Shown here: in pieces, positions 54,152 through 63,014 of the stretch | Position numbering within the stretch: position 1 is the stretch's first letter | How the letters are laid out: each line of letters starts with the position of its first letter | From: Pontiella sp. | GTDB taxonomy: Bacteria; Verrucomicrobiota; Kiritimatiellia; Kiritimatiellales; Pontiellaceae | Assembly (NCBI GenBank): GCA_050290185.1 | Contig: JBNKHE010000001.1 | Location: 642,713-706,712, forward strand | DNA: 64,000 bases | Direction: 5' to 3' | Notes under the pieces: generated by a model | Database searches by the model: none | Told to the model about the DNA's origin: nothing | The model's input: only the letters and a program-made list of their open reading frames with translations | Program-made: the position numbers and the translations under genes

Positions 54152-55225
54152 ATGAGAGCATACAATTTCTCCGCTGGCCCGGCGATTCTGCCGGAAGAAG
54201 TACTGAAGCAGGCACAGGCCGAACTGGTCGACTACCAGGGAACCGGCATGTCCATCATGGAAATGAGCCATCGCGGCAAGGAATATTCCGCTGTCCATGA
54301 CGAATGCATTGCCAACATCAAGGAACTGCTCAACATTCCTGAAGGCTACAGCGTCCTCTTCCTGACCGGCGGCGCCTCCACCCAATTCGCCATGATCCCC
54401 ATGAACCTGCTCGGTTCCGGCCAGACCGCCGACTACACCAACTCCGGCGCCTGGGCCGCCAAGGCCATCAAGGAAGCCAAGATGCTTGGTAACGTCAACA
54501 TCGCGGCCGACTGCGGCAAGGACATCCCCACCCGCGTTCCGACTGTTGACGAACTGCAACTGACTGACGGCGCTGCCTACCTGCACATTACCTCCAACGA
54601 AACCATTTCCGGCGCACAGTGGAAGGAGTTCCCCGAACACGACTGCCTGATCGCCGACATGTCTTCCGACATTCTGTCCAAGCCGATCGACGTTTCCAAA
54701 TTCGGCCTGATCTACGCCGGATCGCAGAAAAACCTGGCACCGGCCGGCATCACCCTCGTCATCATCAAGGACGAACTCGCCGAGCGCTGCCCGGAAACCG
54801 TTCCGACAATTATGCGCTACAAAACGCATATCGAAAATAATTCGCTCTACAACACCGTGCCGACCTTCCCCGTTTATATGCTCTGTCTCGTCACCCGCTG
54901 GCTCAAAGCCAACGGCGGACTTGAAGGCATGCAGAAGATCAACGAGGAAAAGGCCGGCAAGCTGTACGATACGATCGATGCCTCCGACTTCTACACCGGC
55001 ACCGCCGTCAAGGAGTTCCGTTCCGACATGAACGTGACATGGCGCCTGCCGACCGAAGAACTGGAAGCCCAGTTCATCGCCGAAGCCGCTAAGCAGAATC
55101 TCAAAACGCTCAAGGGCCACCGCTCCGTCGGTGGGATCCGCGCCTCCATCTACAACGCCTTCCCGACCGAAGGCGTGGACGCGCTGATTTCGTTCATGAA
55201 GGAATTTGAAGCAAAAAACGGATAA
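54152..55225 (+). CDS. serC: Phosphoserine aminotransferase
   Basis: NFSAGPA, EMSHR, DMSS, AGSQKN, GHRSVGGIRASIYNA. Confidence 0.97.
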   Translation: MRAYNFSAGPAILPEEVLKQAQAELVDYQGTGMSIMEMSHRGKEYSAVHDECIANIKELLNIPEGYSVLFLTGGASTQFAMIPMNLLGSGQTADYTNSGAWAAKAIKEAKMLGNVNIAADCGKDIPTRVPTVDELQLTDGAAYLHITSNETISGAQWKEFPEHDCLIADMSSDILSKPIDVSKFGLIYAGSQKNLAPAGITLVIIKDELAERCPETVPTIMRYKTHIENNSLYNTVPTFPVYMLCLVTRWLKANGGLEGMQKINEEKAGKLYDTIDASDFYTGTAVKEFRSDMNVTWRLPTEELEAQFIAEAAKQNLKTLKGHRSVGGIRASIYNAFPTEGVDALISFMKEFEAKNG

Positions 55226-55240
55226 ACGGCAGTTGCGTAT

Positions 55241-55308
55241 TGTAGGGCGGGAATGGTTGAAAACCTTCCCGCCGCAGCAGGATGGTCGATGGTCATTCTG
55301 GACCTACA
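55241..55308. repeat. GTAG-type REP-like element
   Basis: TGTAGG...CCTACA ends; internal hairpin homologous to 61918-61948. Confidence 0.6.
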
Positions 55309-55372
55309 GCACCTTGGGCTTTGTTTTTTATTGCGGCCTCGCCGTATTCCCCCTATAAATCCGGCCTTTCGT

Positions 55373-55447
55373 GCGCCCATAGTTCAATGGATAGAATAGT
55401 GGCCTCCGAAGCCATAGATACAGGTTCGACTCCTGTTGGGCGCACCA
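55373..55447 (+). tRNA. tRNA-Arg (CCG)
   Basis: Cloverleaf GCGCCCA/TGGGCGC; anticodon loop CT-CCG-AA; GTTCGA; encoded CCA. Confidence 0.95.
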
Positions 55448-55526
55448 TTTTAAAATCGTGACGAGTGACGCTTGATTCGTGATTCACGGCTCACGCCTTA
55501 CTTTTCACCTACCGAAGGTAAAACCC

Positions 55527-55895
55527 ATGACCGAAAACTCACTCGAAAACATCCAGATCGACGCCGACAACCTCTGGAAAGAGGAAAACTTTACCGACCT
55601 GAAGGTGGGCTCTATTCGCAAAATGACTCCCATCAAAGCCGATGGCACTGAAGACGAGTCCCGCACGGCCACCTTTTCCGCCACCACCAACATCATGACC
55701 CCCGGCGGCGCGTTGCCGGTCTCCGGCGAAATCGAAGCCGGCACTCTGGCAGAAGCGATTGAAAAGTTTCCGGATGCCATCAACGCCGCTATCAAGCAAC
55801 TGCAGGACGACATGATCAAATACCAGCAGGAACAGGCATCAAAAATCGTCACCCCCGATGAACTGCGCGGCGGCAAGAACGACATTATTATCTAG
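55527..55895 (+). CDS. Hypothetical cytoplasmic protein
   Basis: Intact ORF with typical codon usage; NLWKEENFTDLKVGSIR motif. Confidence 0.75.
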   Translation: MTENSLENIQIDADNLWKEENFTDLKVGSIRKMTPIKADGTEDESRTATFSATTNIMTPGGALPVSGEIEAGTLAEAIEKFPDAINAAIKQLQDDMIKYQQEQASKIVTPDELRGGKNDIII

Positions 55896-55919
55896 CAGGC
55901 CGACTAAAGGTGATAACAA

Positions 55920-55943
55920 AAAGGACCGGCATTCTCCGGTCCT
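55920..55943. terminator. Hairpin between convergent genes
   Basis: AAGGACCGG/CCGGTCCTT. Confidence 0.65.
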
Positions 55944-55952
55944 TCTTCATTT

Positions 55953-56768
55953 CTACATAGCGGTACTGGTCATCCATGCTTTGTAGGCATCCCACCATTC
56001 GGAACCGCCCAGCATCCAGATGAGGGCGGCGAGGGCGATGTAGGGCCCGAACGGGATCTTGCTCTGCCACTCCTTCTGCCCCATGGCGATCAGCGACACG
56101 CCGATGATCGAGCCAAGCAACGAGGATACGAAGACAATAAAGACGATCGACTCAAAGCCAAGAAACGCGCCCAGCGCCCCCATCAGCTTGACGTCGCCAA
56201 ACCCCATGGCCTCTTTCTTGAAAGCCAGTTTTCCAAAGAAGCCGACCGACCATAGCAAGCCAAAGCCAAAGGCGAGGCCAAACAAGGAACGGATTAAGGC
56301 AGCCCAGTGCACATCGGTTCCGTGCATCGCGGGAATCAGAAAACTAAAGATGGGTCCGATGATCATTCCGCCGATCGTGCAGCGGTCCGGCAACCACATT
56401 TCGTCAATGTCCACCATGCTCCCAAGAATCAGGCCGAACACCAGCACCCAGTACGGCCCGACCAGCGGCTGATAGGGAAAACGCAGCCAGACCAGCGCGA
56501 AAAGAATGGCGGTAATCAGTTCAATAATTGGATAACGCGGCGAAATGGGAGCTTTGCAATAGCGGCATTTTCCGCCAAGCACCAGCCAGCCAAAAATGGG
56601 AATATTATCGCGCCAGGAAAGATCAGTCATGCACTTCGGACAGCGTGATCGTGGCTTGACCACCGACAGCTCGGCAGGGATCCGATAAATGCAGACATTC
56701 AGGAAACTGCCCCAGCAGGCCCCGAAAAGAAAAACCACAAACGCAAAATACCAATCGATAAAATCCAT
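55953..56768 (-). CDS. pilD: Prepilin peptidase/N-methyltransferase (A24)
   Basis: GSFLNVCIYRIP, SRCPKC, GKCRYC, MGFGDVKL, IPFGPY. Confidence 0.93.
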   Translation of the reverse strand: MDFIDWYFAFVVFLFGACWGSFLNVCIYRIPAELSVVKPRSRCPKCMTDLSWRDNIPIFGWLVLGGKCRYCKAPISPRYPIIELITAILFALVWLRFPYQPLVGPYWVLVFGLILGSMVDIDEMWLPDRCTIGGMIIGPIFSFLIPAMHGTDVHWAALIRSLFGLAFGFGLLWSVGFFGKLAFKKEAMGFGDVKLMGALGAFLGFESIVFIVFVSSLLGSIIGVSLIAMGQKEWQSKIPFGPYIALAALIWMLGGSEWWDAYKAWMTSTAM

Positions 56769-56850
56769 GCCAACCCGTCCTTCTTCTCGTGAAGAGTGAA
56801 ACATGAGCCGTGATTCTATTGCCAGGCAATCACGTCTCAATTGTCATGCA

Positions 56851-57711
56851 TCACTCGCCGTAAACCGCCTCTTCCAGCGCATTGCGCATCGCCGGAACCG
56901 ACGGCTTTACGCCGGTCCATATTTCGAAGGCGCGCGCGCCTTGATGCAAAAGCATGCCTAAACCATTAGCAATCTGTGCGCCAGCTTCACGCGCGGTGGT
57001 CAGGAACTTGGTTTCGGGATACATGTAGATCAGATCGAAAACCCGCTGCCCTTCAGAGAATGCACGATGCGGAAATAATGAAGGATCTTTCTTATCCATG
57101 CCCACGGGAGAAGCCTGAACAACTAAGTCAGAAGCACTAGACCATTCAAATAGTTGGTCAGCATCCATAGTCCAATCGACTTTGACACCAAGATTGAGCG
57201 CCTCTATCTCTTTCTTTAATGCGATGGTCCGAGCATCCATAGTGTCAGTTAGCACCAATCTTTTGACGCCACTCGTTGCCGCCTGCAATGCAATAGCCCT
57301 TCCCGCCCCACCACAACCAAGGATTAGAACGGAATCGCCCTCGACTGTTTTACCGAACGCCTCTTCCAGTGCCTTCAGAAATCCATAACCATCAGTATTG
57401 TGCCCGACCAAGCCATCATCGGTGAACTGCACTGTGTTGGCTGCGCCGAACAGTTTGGCGCTCTCGTCCAGCTTGTCCAGCCCGCGAAAAGCGATCTCCT
57501 TGTGCGGCACGGTCAGGTTGACTCCGGCAAACCCCATCTTGGCCATCGACGGAAGGATCTCCATCAGCTCGTCGGGATGCACATCCAGCGCCAGATAGAT
57601 GCCGTCAAAGCCCAGTTCCTCCATCGAGGCATTGTGCATCACCGGCGAAAGTGTATGTCCGATCGGATGCCCTAGCACGGCAAACGGTTTGGTATGTCCA
57701 CTCAGCTTCAT
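56851..57711 (-). CDS. aroE: Shikimate dehydrogenase
   Basis: GHTLSPVMHN, NLTVPHK, AANT, NTDGYG, GCGGAG, GLGMLLHQG. Confidence 0.95.
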   Translation of the reverse strand: MKLSGHTKPFAVLGHPIGHTLSPVMHNASMEELGFDGIYLALDVHPDELMEILPSMAKMGFAGVNLTVPHKEIAFRGLDKLDESAKLFGAANTVQFTDDGLVGHNTDGYGFLKALEEAFGKTVEGDSVLILGCGGAGRAIALQAATSGVKRLVLTDTMDARTIALKKEIEALNLGVKVDWTMDADQLFEWSSASDLVVQASPVGMDKKDPSLFPHRAFSEGQRVFDLIYMYPETKFLTTAREAGAQIANGLGMLLHQGARAFEIWTGVKPSVPAMRNALEEAVYGE

Positions 57712-57720
57712 AAACTTTCC

Positions 57721-59397
57721 TTACTTTTTCGCAATGCGGTTGAGGCCGGCCACGATGGCACGGACCGCGGCTTGGTCGATGTTCGAGTCAGCACCAACGC
57801 CGAAGATGACGCCGTCACCGGCAAGCTTGAGCGGGACGTAGGCCAAGGCCTGCGCATCCGCGCCCTTGCCAATCGCCTGTTCGTGGTAGTCATCCACGCT
57901 GAAGTCGACCTCGACGATCTGATTGATGGCTTTAACGAATGCGGAGATCGGGCCATTACCGTCGGCGACGACCTTCTTCTCCTCGCCATTGACCTTCACC
58001 TGGACTTCACCGTGAATAAACGTCGGATCGTTATCATCCGGTCGAGGCCAGTAACCAACCAATTCATACGGTCCTTCTGGCGCCACAAACTCGTTCTGGA
58101 AAACCGTATGCACCTCTTCGCTGCTGATTTCCCGTCCCACTGATTCGCTATAAGCCTGAACATATTTACTGAGCTCCGGCTGCATCGCCTTCGGCACCTC
58201 GATATCGAAATCCTGCTCAAGCACCCACGCGATTCCACCCTTGCCGGATTGCGAATTGATGCGGATGAGCCGTTCGAAACGCCGGCCGAGATCGGCCGGA
58301 TCGACATGAAGATATGGCACCTTCCAGGCCATCCCGAAACGTTCCGGCGCTTCGGGCAACTTGTGCATGCCCTTGTTGATGGCATCCTGATGCGATCCGG
58401 AAAACGCGGTGAACGCATATTCACCCGCATACGGCTGGCGGTAGTAGATCGGCATTCCGGTCAACCGTTCGACCGTTTCAGCAACGTCAGCCAGATCGGA
58501 AAAATCGATGCCGGTATCGATACCGCGCGAATAGAGGTTATTGATGCACGTCACCAAATCGACGTTGCCCGTACGCTCACCGTGACCGAAGAGTGTGCCT
58601 TCCACGCGGTCGGCTCCGGCCATGAGCGAAAGTTCGGTGGCCGCCACAGCCATGCCCTGGTCGTTGTGCGAATGGAGCGATACCAAGATGCTGTCACGCT
58701 TCGAAAAGTTACGGCAGAAATATTCGATCATGTCCGCATAGTGGTTCGGCGGGCGGCGCTCGACGGTGGCCGGCAGATTCATGATCACCGGCTTTTCGGG
58801 CGTTCCCTTGCCCCACGCTTCGAATACGGCTTCGCAAAGCTCGATCGAAAAATCGACGTCCGTATCAGTGTATTCCTCCGGCGAAAACTCGTAGCGGATG
58901 TCCGATTCCGGCATCGTATCGGCCAACTCGCGGATCTGCTTTGTGGCCGCCACGGCGGTTTCGATCAACTGCGGACGCTCCATGCCGAACACCTGTTTCA
59001 TGTGGAGATCGGACGGCGCGATATACGCGTGCACGATACCGCGCTTGCAACCCTTGAACGCCTCAAGAGTGCGCTCGATCAAGTGCGGGCGCGACTGCGT
59101 AAGCCCCATGATGAACACGTCCTCAGGAATAAGATCTTCCTCAATCAAACGGCGGAAAAAATCAAACTCGTCCTGGCTGGCCGATGGGAACCCGACTTCG
59201 ATATGCTTGAAGCCGGCCTTGCAGAGCATCTGAAAATATTCAAGTTTCTGGTCCGGATCCATCGGATCGGGAAGCGCCTGGTTGCCGTCGCGCAAATCGA
59301 CGGAACACCAGATCGGTGATTTTGTGATGCTCTTCGACGGCCATTGGCGGTCAGGGAGATCGATCATCTCCGGAATCTTGTACTTGGGCACACTCAT
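57721..59397 (-). CDS. leuA: 2-isopropylmalate synthase (LeuA type 2)
   Basis: WCSVDLRDGNQAL, SLHSHND, GERTGN, AFSGSHQDAI, IRINSQSGKGG, GNGPI. Confidence 0.97.
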   Translation of the reverse strand: MSVPKYKIPEMIDLPDRQWPSKSITKSPIWCSVDLRDGNQALPDPMDPDQKLEYFQMLCKAGFKHIEVGFPSASQDEFDFFRRLIEEDLIPEDVFIMGLTQSRPHLIERTLEAFKGCKRGIVHAYIAPSDLHMKQVFGMERPQLIETAVAATKQIRELADTMPESDIRYEFSPEEYTDTDVDFSIELCEAVFEAWGKGTPEKPVIMNLPATVERRPPNHYADMIEYFCRNFSKRDSILVSLHSHNDQGMAVAATELSLMAGADRVEGTLFGHGERTGNVDLVTCINNLYSRGIDTGIDFSDLADVAETVERLTGMPIYYRQPYAGEYAFTAFSGSHQDAINKGMHKLPEAPERFGMAWKVPYLHVDPADLGRRFERLIRINSQSGKGGIAWVLEQDFDIEVPKAMQPELSKYVQAYSESVGREISSEEVHTVFQNEFVAPEGPYELVGYWPRPDDNDPTFIHGEVQVKVNGEEKKVVADGNGPISAFVKAINQIVEVDFSVDDYHEQAIGKGADAQALAYVPLKLAGDGVIFGVGADSNIDQAAVRAIVAGLNRIAKK

Positions 59398-59470
59398 TGT
59401 TTCTCTCCTAAAATGGGTCGTAATCTAAACAACCCAGCTATTGTTATCCATTTCATTTCCATATTTTCTA

Positions 59471-59532
59471 GCCACGGATAAAACCCGATTTACACGGATT
59501 CCCATCTGCGTTCTTCCGTGTTTATCCGTGGC
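59471..59532. repeat. CACGGAT-repeat palindrome
   Basis: GCCACGGATAAA...TTTATCCGTGGC 12-bp IR with internal near-repeats. Confidence 0.65.
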
Positions 59533-59540
59533 CCAAACAC

Positions 59541-59574
59541 AAAAAAAACCTCCCCAGTTTCCTGCGGAGGTTTT
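59541..59574 (-). terminator. leuA attenuator terminator
   Basis: Minus strand AAAACCTCCGCAG-GAAA-CTGGGGAGG followed by T8. Confidence 0.85.
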
Positions 59575-59599
59575 AAAATCGGTCGAATTAACGAACAAC

Positions 59600-59680
59600 C
59601 TATAGGCGTAGCGCCTCCACAGGATCATTCCCATTGAGTAGTAGCAGGCCTAGTAGCAGATTGTTGAATTCGTTTCTCAT
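59600..59680 (-). CDS. leuA attenuation leader peptide (26 aa)
   Basis: MRNEFNNLLLGLLLLNGNDPVEALRL*; 9 Leu codons, 6 of them CTA. Confidence 0.85.
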   Translation of the reverse strand: MRNEFNNLLLGLLLLNGNDPVEALRL

Positions 59681-59690
59681 ATCGGCCGGG

Positions 59691-59720
59691 AACATAGCCC
59701 CAACCTTTGGAAAGTGTCAA
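59691..59720 (-). promoter_or_regulatory. sigma70 promoter of the leader-leuA transcript
   Basis: TTGACA-N18-TATGTT. Confidence 0.65.
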
Positions 59721-60151
59721 TTCATAAAAAAAGCGTAGACCTCGCCGCTTTCCGGTCTTGTCCGACGTGGCCCTGGCGAAGACGCTTGGCGCAGGCGGAA
59801 AGAACAAATGACAGCATCAACTTTCAAGCCGTTCAATCCAGCAGGCCGGGTACCATCAGCGGCATGGTGCATACTCGAGTGGATCACCCGGCCGCATACG
59901 CAATACGAAGTTTGGTTTACCGCCGCATTGAGCAATAGCTGGTCACTCACCGAAACCATACCGACATCCACGGAGCCCACCCTCATGCGCGAATACCTTC
60001 CCGACCCGGAAAGCCCCGCCAGCCTCATCGTGGTCTTCGACAATACCATCGCTCCCGTGAACGATTGACGCGGGCACATCGCTTGCATTCCCCGATTGGC
60101 ACCGCTAACTTAGATTTCCGAAAACCGATCGTGACGAACAGGGAAGCCGCC

Positions 60152-60481
60152 ATGAAGAAATGTCCATTCTGCGCCGAAGAAATTCAGGACGAAGCCATCA
60201 AGTGCAAACACTGCGGCGAATTCCTCGACGGATCAACACGCAAGCCGGCGACAAAGGAAAAGGTTCCGTGGCTCTACCGCACATCGACGATTGTCATCGC
60301 CGTCTGCTGCGTCGGGCCCCTGGCCCTGCCGTTGCTATGGTTGCGTCCAAACACATCGTTAGCCCTGAAAATCGTCTGGTCCATCGTGATTCTGGCGGTT
60401 TCCTACATCATGATCGCCGTCACCATTCGCTCCATCGGCAACATCCGCGAACTCTACGAAATGCTCGACACGCTGTATTAG
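60152..60481 (+). CDS. Zinc-ribbon membrane protein
   Basis: [25 protein letters not shown] followed by two TM segments. Confidence 0.85.
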   Translation: MKKCPFCAEEIQDEAIKCKHCGEFLDGSTRKPATKEKVPWLYRTSTIVIAVCCVGPLALPLLWLRPNTSLALKIVWSIVILAVSYIMIAVTIRSIGNIRELYEMLDTLY

Positions 60482-60527
60482 CCAGTAGTAATTGGTTATC
60501 AGCTTCTCCCCCCCCCCCACCCAATGC

Positions 60528-60579
60528 TGTAGGCGGGTGCCCTCACCTGGCGCGGATGACTCGACGATCCGTCCCTACC
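60528..60579. repeat. GTAG-type REP-like element
   Basis: TGTAGGCGG...GCGGATGAC...CCCTACC. Confidence 0.55.
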
Positions 60580-60644
60580 TTTTTAAGGTTCAATTCCAAA
60601 TCCAGGCCTGCTAGCCTCATGCTCAACTTTTTGGAAGGAAAAAC

Positions 60645-61541
60645 ATGAAACCAGCTCTGATCATCATGGCCGCTGGCATGGGCAGTCGCTACGGCGGACT
60701 CAAGCAAATGGACCCCGTGGGCCCCAATGGAGAATGCCTGCTGGAATATTCGATCTACGACGCCATCCGCGCCGGTTTCGGCAAAATCGTTTTCGTTATC
60801 CGGCACGACTTTGAAACTGAATTCAAGGAACAGGTCGGGCGGCGCTTTGAAGACAAGATCGTTGTTGAATATGCCTTCCAAACCCTCGAAAACCTACCCA
60901 AGGGATTTGCTGTTCCCGAAGGGCGAACGAAGCCATGGGGCACCGGTCAGGCTGTGCTCGCCTGCAGGGATCTGATTCACGAACCCTTTGTCGTACAAAA
61001 CGCCGACGACTTCTACGGCGCCGAAGCCTATCAGGTGATTGCCAACGCGTTTGGTTCACTGGCGAAAGATGAAAGCGCCATGGTTGGCTATCGACTGCGC
61101 AACACCCTGTCCCCCCATGGCTCGGTTTCGCGCGGTGTTTGCGAAACGGTCGACGGCTATCTTTCCACAGTGACCGAGCGGGTTAGTATAGCCACCAACG
61201 AGGCCGGCACCATCCAGTATGTCGAAGACGGAAAATCCATCGACATGACCGGCGACGAAATCTGCTCGATGAATTTCTGGGGATTCCAGCCCTGCCTGTT
61301 CGATACGCTGGAGAAAAAGTTTATCGCCTTTCTTGAAGCAAAGGGCCAGGAACTGAAGTCTGAGTGGTATATCCCGAACATTATCCAGGATGCGATCGAC
61401 CACGGTGAAACGCGCGTCAAGATCCTCAGCTCCGACAGCCAATGGTTCGGCGTCACCTACCCCGAAGACCGCCCCTCCGTCGTCGCCAGTCTGAAATCGA
61501 TGCACGATGCCGGGAAATATCCGCCGAAGCTGTGGGAATAG
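60645..61541 (+). CDS. Sugar-phosphate nucleotidyltransferase family protein
   Basis: MAAGMGSRYGGLKQ, KPWGTGQA, NADDFYG, WFGVTY. Confidence 0.9.
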   Translation: MKPALIIMAAGMGSRYGGLKQMDPVGPNGECLLEYSIYDAIRAGFGKIVFVIRHDFETEFKEQVGRRFEDKIVVEYAFQTLENLPKGFAVPEGRTKPWGTGQAVLACRDLIHEPFVVQNADDFYGAEAYQVIANAFGSLAKDESAMVGYRLRNTLSPHGSVSRGVCETVDGYLSTVTERVSIATNEAGTIQYVEDGKSIDMTGDEICSMNFWGFQPCLFDTLEKKFIAFLEAKGQELKSEWYIPNIIQDAIDHGETRVKILSSDSQWFGVTYPEDRPSVVASLKSMHDAGKYPPKLWE

Positions 61542-61622
61542 CCCATTTGTCCCACAACCTGCCAGCGGTGGAGGGCTGCACGAACGGCGGACGACGGGGA
61601 CAGTCGTTCCCACCCGAAAGGC

Positions 61623-61648
61623 AAAAAAAAGCGTTCCTTGCGGAACGC
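61623..61648 (-). terminator. tRNA terminator
   Basis: GCGTTCC/GGAACGC stem with T8 on the minus strand. Confidence 0.75.
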
Positions 61649-61659
61649 GGGGAAATAAG

Positions 61660-61736
61660 TGGCGCAGCCATCAGGAGTCGAACCTGAAACCTCCTGATTC
61701 GTAGTCAGGTGCTCTATCCAATTGAGCTATGGCTGC
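61660..61736 (-). tRNA. tRNA-Arg (ACG)
   Basis: Cloverleaf GCAGCCA/TGGCTGC; anticodon loop CT-ACG-AA; TTCGA; encoded CCA. Confidence 0.96.
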
Positions 61737-61797
61737 ACGGTAAAAGCTTTTCAGCGTTCCTCCTTCCACTTGATAAAATCTTCCCGCTGCCGCGGAA

Positions 61798-61824
61798 TGC
61801 TCTATCCAATGGAGCTATGGATGC
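61798..61824 (-). pseudogene. 5' tRNA remnant (acceptor 5' strand plus D arm)
   Basis: GCATCCATAGCTCCATTGGATAGAGCA, 25/27 identical to the 5' end of tRNA-Arg(ACG); no T arm or CCA follows. Confidence 0.7.
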
Positions 61825-62054
61825 GCTTAAGAGGTGGGGAATTTATAGAGAACCCCCTTTCCGGTCAACGGGAAAAAGCGAGAAAAGTAAAAAGTAAAAT
61901 CGTGGGTAGTGATTGCAGGGCAGGAACAGTCGAAGACCTTCCTGCCGCCGCCTGTTCAACCGCTCATTTACCCGCTATGCGGCGCAAAGGTCTCCGCCCA
62001 TTAGCGCCCTACAATGCACATAACATCCGACGAGTGAAGAAATTCGCCAGTCAT

Positions 62055-63014
62055 TCATGATTGGTGCAGGGCGTCCAGCTCAGGTTTGCATAGCTCGTAG
62101 AAATTGCATTGGCTGCAGTTGGCGGAATCAAGGGTCAGCTCCCATTCCTCCTTGGGCAAGGGTTCGTTTTTCTCGCGGTCGCAATCGATGAGATATTCGG
62201 TCATTTCGCCGACGGAATCGCTCATCAAGACCTTGGTTTCCTCCATATCAGCTTCGGTCAGCTGAAAGGGCAGCACCTGTCCCTCGTTGAGGTATTCGAC
62301 GTAGAGAAAAATATTCTCGAGCTTCGCCCCATGTTTGACGATGGCCCAAAGCGCGTAGAGCGAGAGCTGGAGCCGATGCTGCTCGGCTTTGATTTTTCCG
62401 GCTTTCCAATCGTGGATGTGCACTTCGTCGCTGACTTTGTAGGCATAGTCGGGAATGGAGTAGATCTTCACCCCCTCGTAGACGAAGTGTTCCACATCGC
62501 CGCCCTGCTCGGGCGTGGCAATCTGGAATTCCTGGGCGGGGGAAATGCTTCCCACACGGGGAAGTACCTTGTCGATAAAGTTTGCGATGCAATTCTGCAC
62601 CTGGGAAGCGACCTGCCGCTTGGCCTCGTTTTCGTCTTCCATGGTTTTATAATAGTGCTCGCGTAGACAGCAAAACTGCTTGGGAGAATTACGCCAGTTT
62701 CCTTCGGCCGACTCCTTCCACTTCCGGGTCAGGAACGGACGGGCAACCTGGTCCCAGCCAGCCTTGGCATCAACCGGGATTCCCTGTTGGTGCTGCTTAA
62801 GCACCCACATGATGGCGTTTTCCGCCGCCTGCCCCATCAGGCCCCAGCGATTGTCCATCTTGTTCAGGCGATAGGCCGCCTTCTGTTCGGGCGATGCGTT
62901 GCGCGCCCAGCCCCCCCACATGCCGTACTTGCTCCAGTAACGCCGCCGCCGGCACGCCTCGAAATCCGCCGACGCGCTGAACGACCATGAAAACGTATTC
63001 TTTAGCTCTGCCAC
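62055..63014 (-). CDS. PD-(D/E)XK nuclease family protein with 4-Cys (AddB/Cas4-like) pattern
   Basis: WSFS..C-x4-Y at the N-terminus; PD...DWKAG; QLSLY; CSQCNFYELC. Confidence 0.85.
   Translation of the reverse strand: MAELKNTFSWSFSASADFEACRRRRYWSKYGMWGGWARNASPEQKAAYRLNKMDNRWGLMGQAAENAIMWVLKQHQQGIPVDAKAGWDQVARPFLTRKWKESAEGNWRNSPKQFCCLREHYYKTMEDENEAKRQVASQVQNCIANFIDKVLPRVGSISPAQEFQIATPEQGGDVEHFVYEGVKIYSIPDYAYKVSDEVHIHDWKAGKIKAEQHRLQLSLYALWAIVKHGAKLENIFLYVEYLNEGQVLPFQLTEADMEETKVLMSDSVGEMTEYLIDCDREKNEPLPKEEWELTLDSANCSQCNFYELCKPELDALHQS

Noticed and set aside
55373..55500. Integration site or genomic island at tRNA-Arg(CCG)
   Set aside because: No duplicated tRNA 3' end or integrase; flanking genes are housekeeping
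58249..59319. 356-aa plus-strand ORF (likewise 7156-8151, 38320-39291 and 54119-55120)
   Set aside because: Antisense shadows of leuA, thrS, kduI and serC
60508..60518. C11 tract as a phase-variation site
   Set aside because: Lies downstream of a stop codon beside a REP-like element, not in a CDS or an evident promoter
62055..63014. Cas4 or a CRISPR system
   Set aside because: No repeat-spacer array or other cas genes seen in the window
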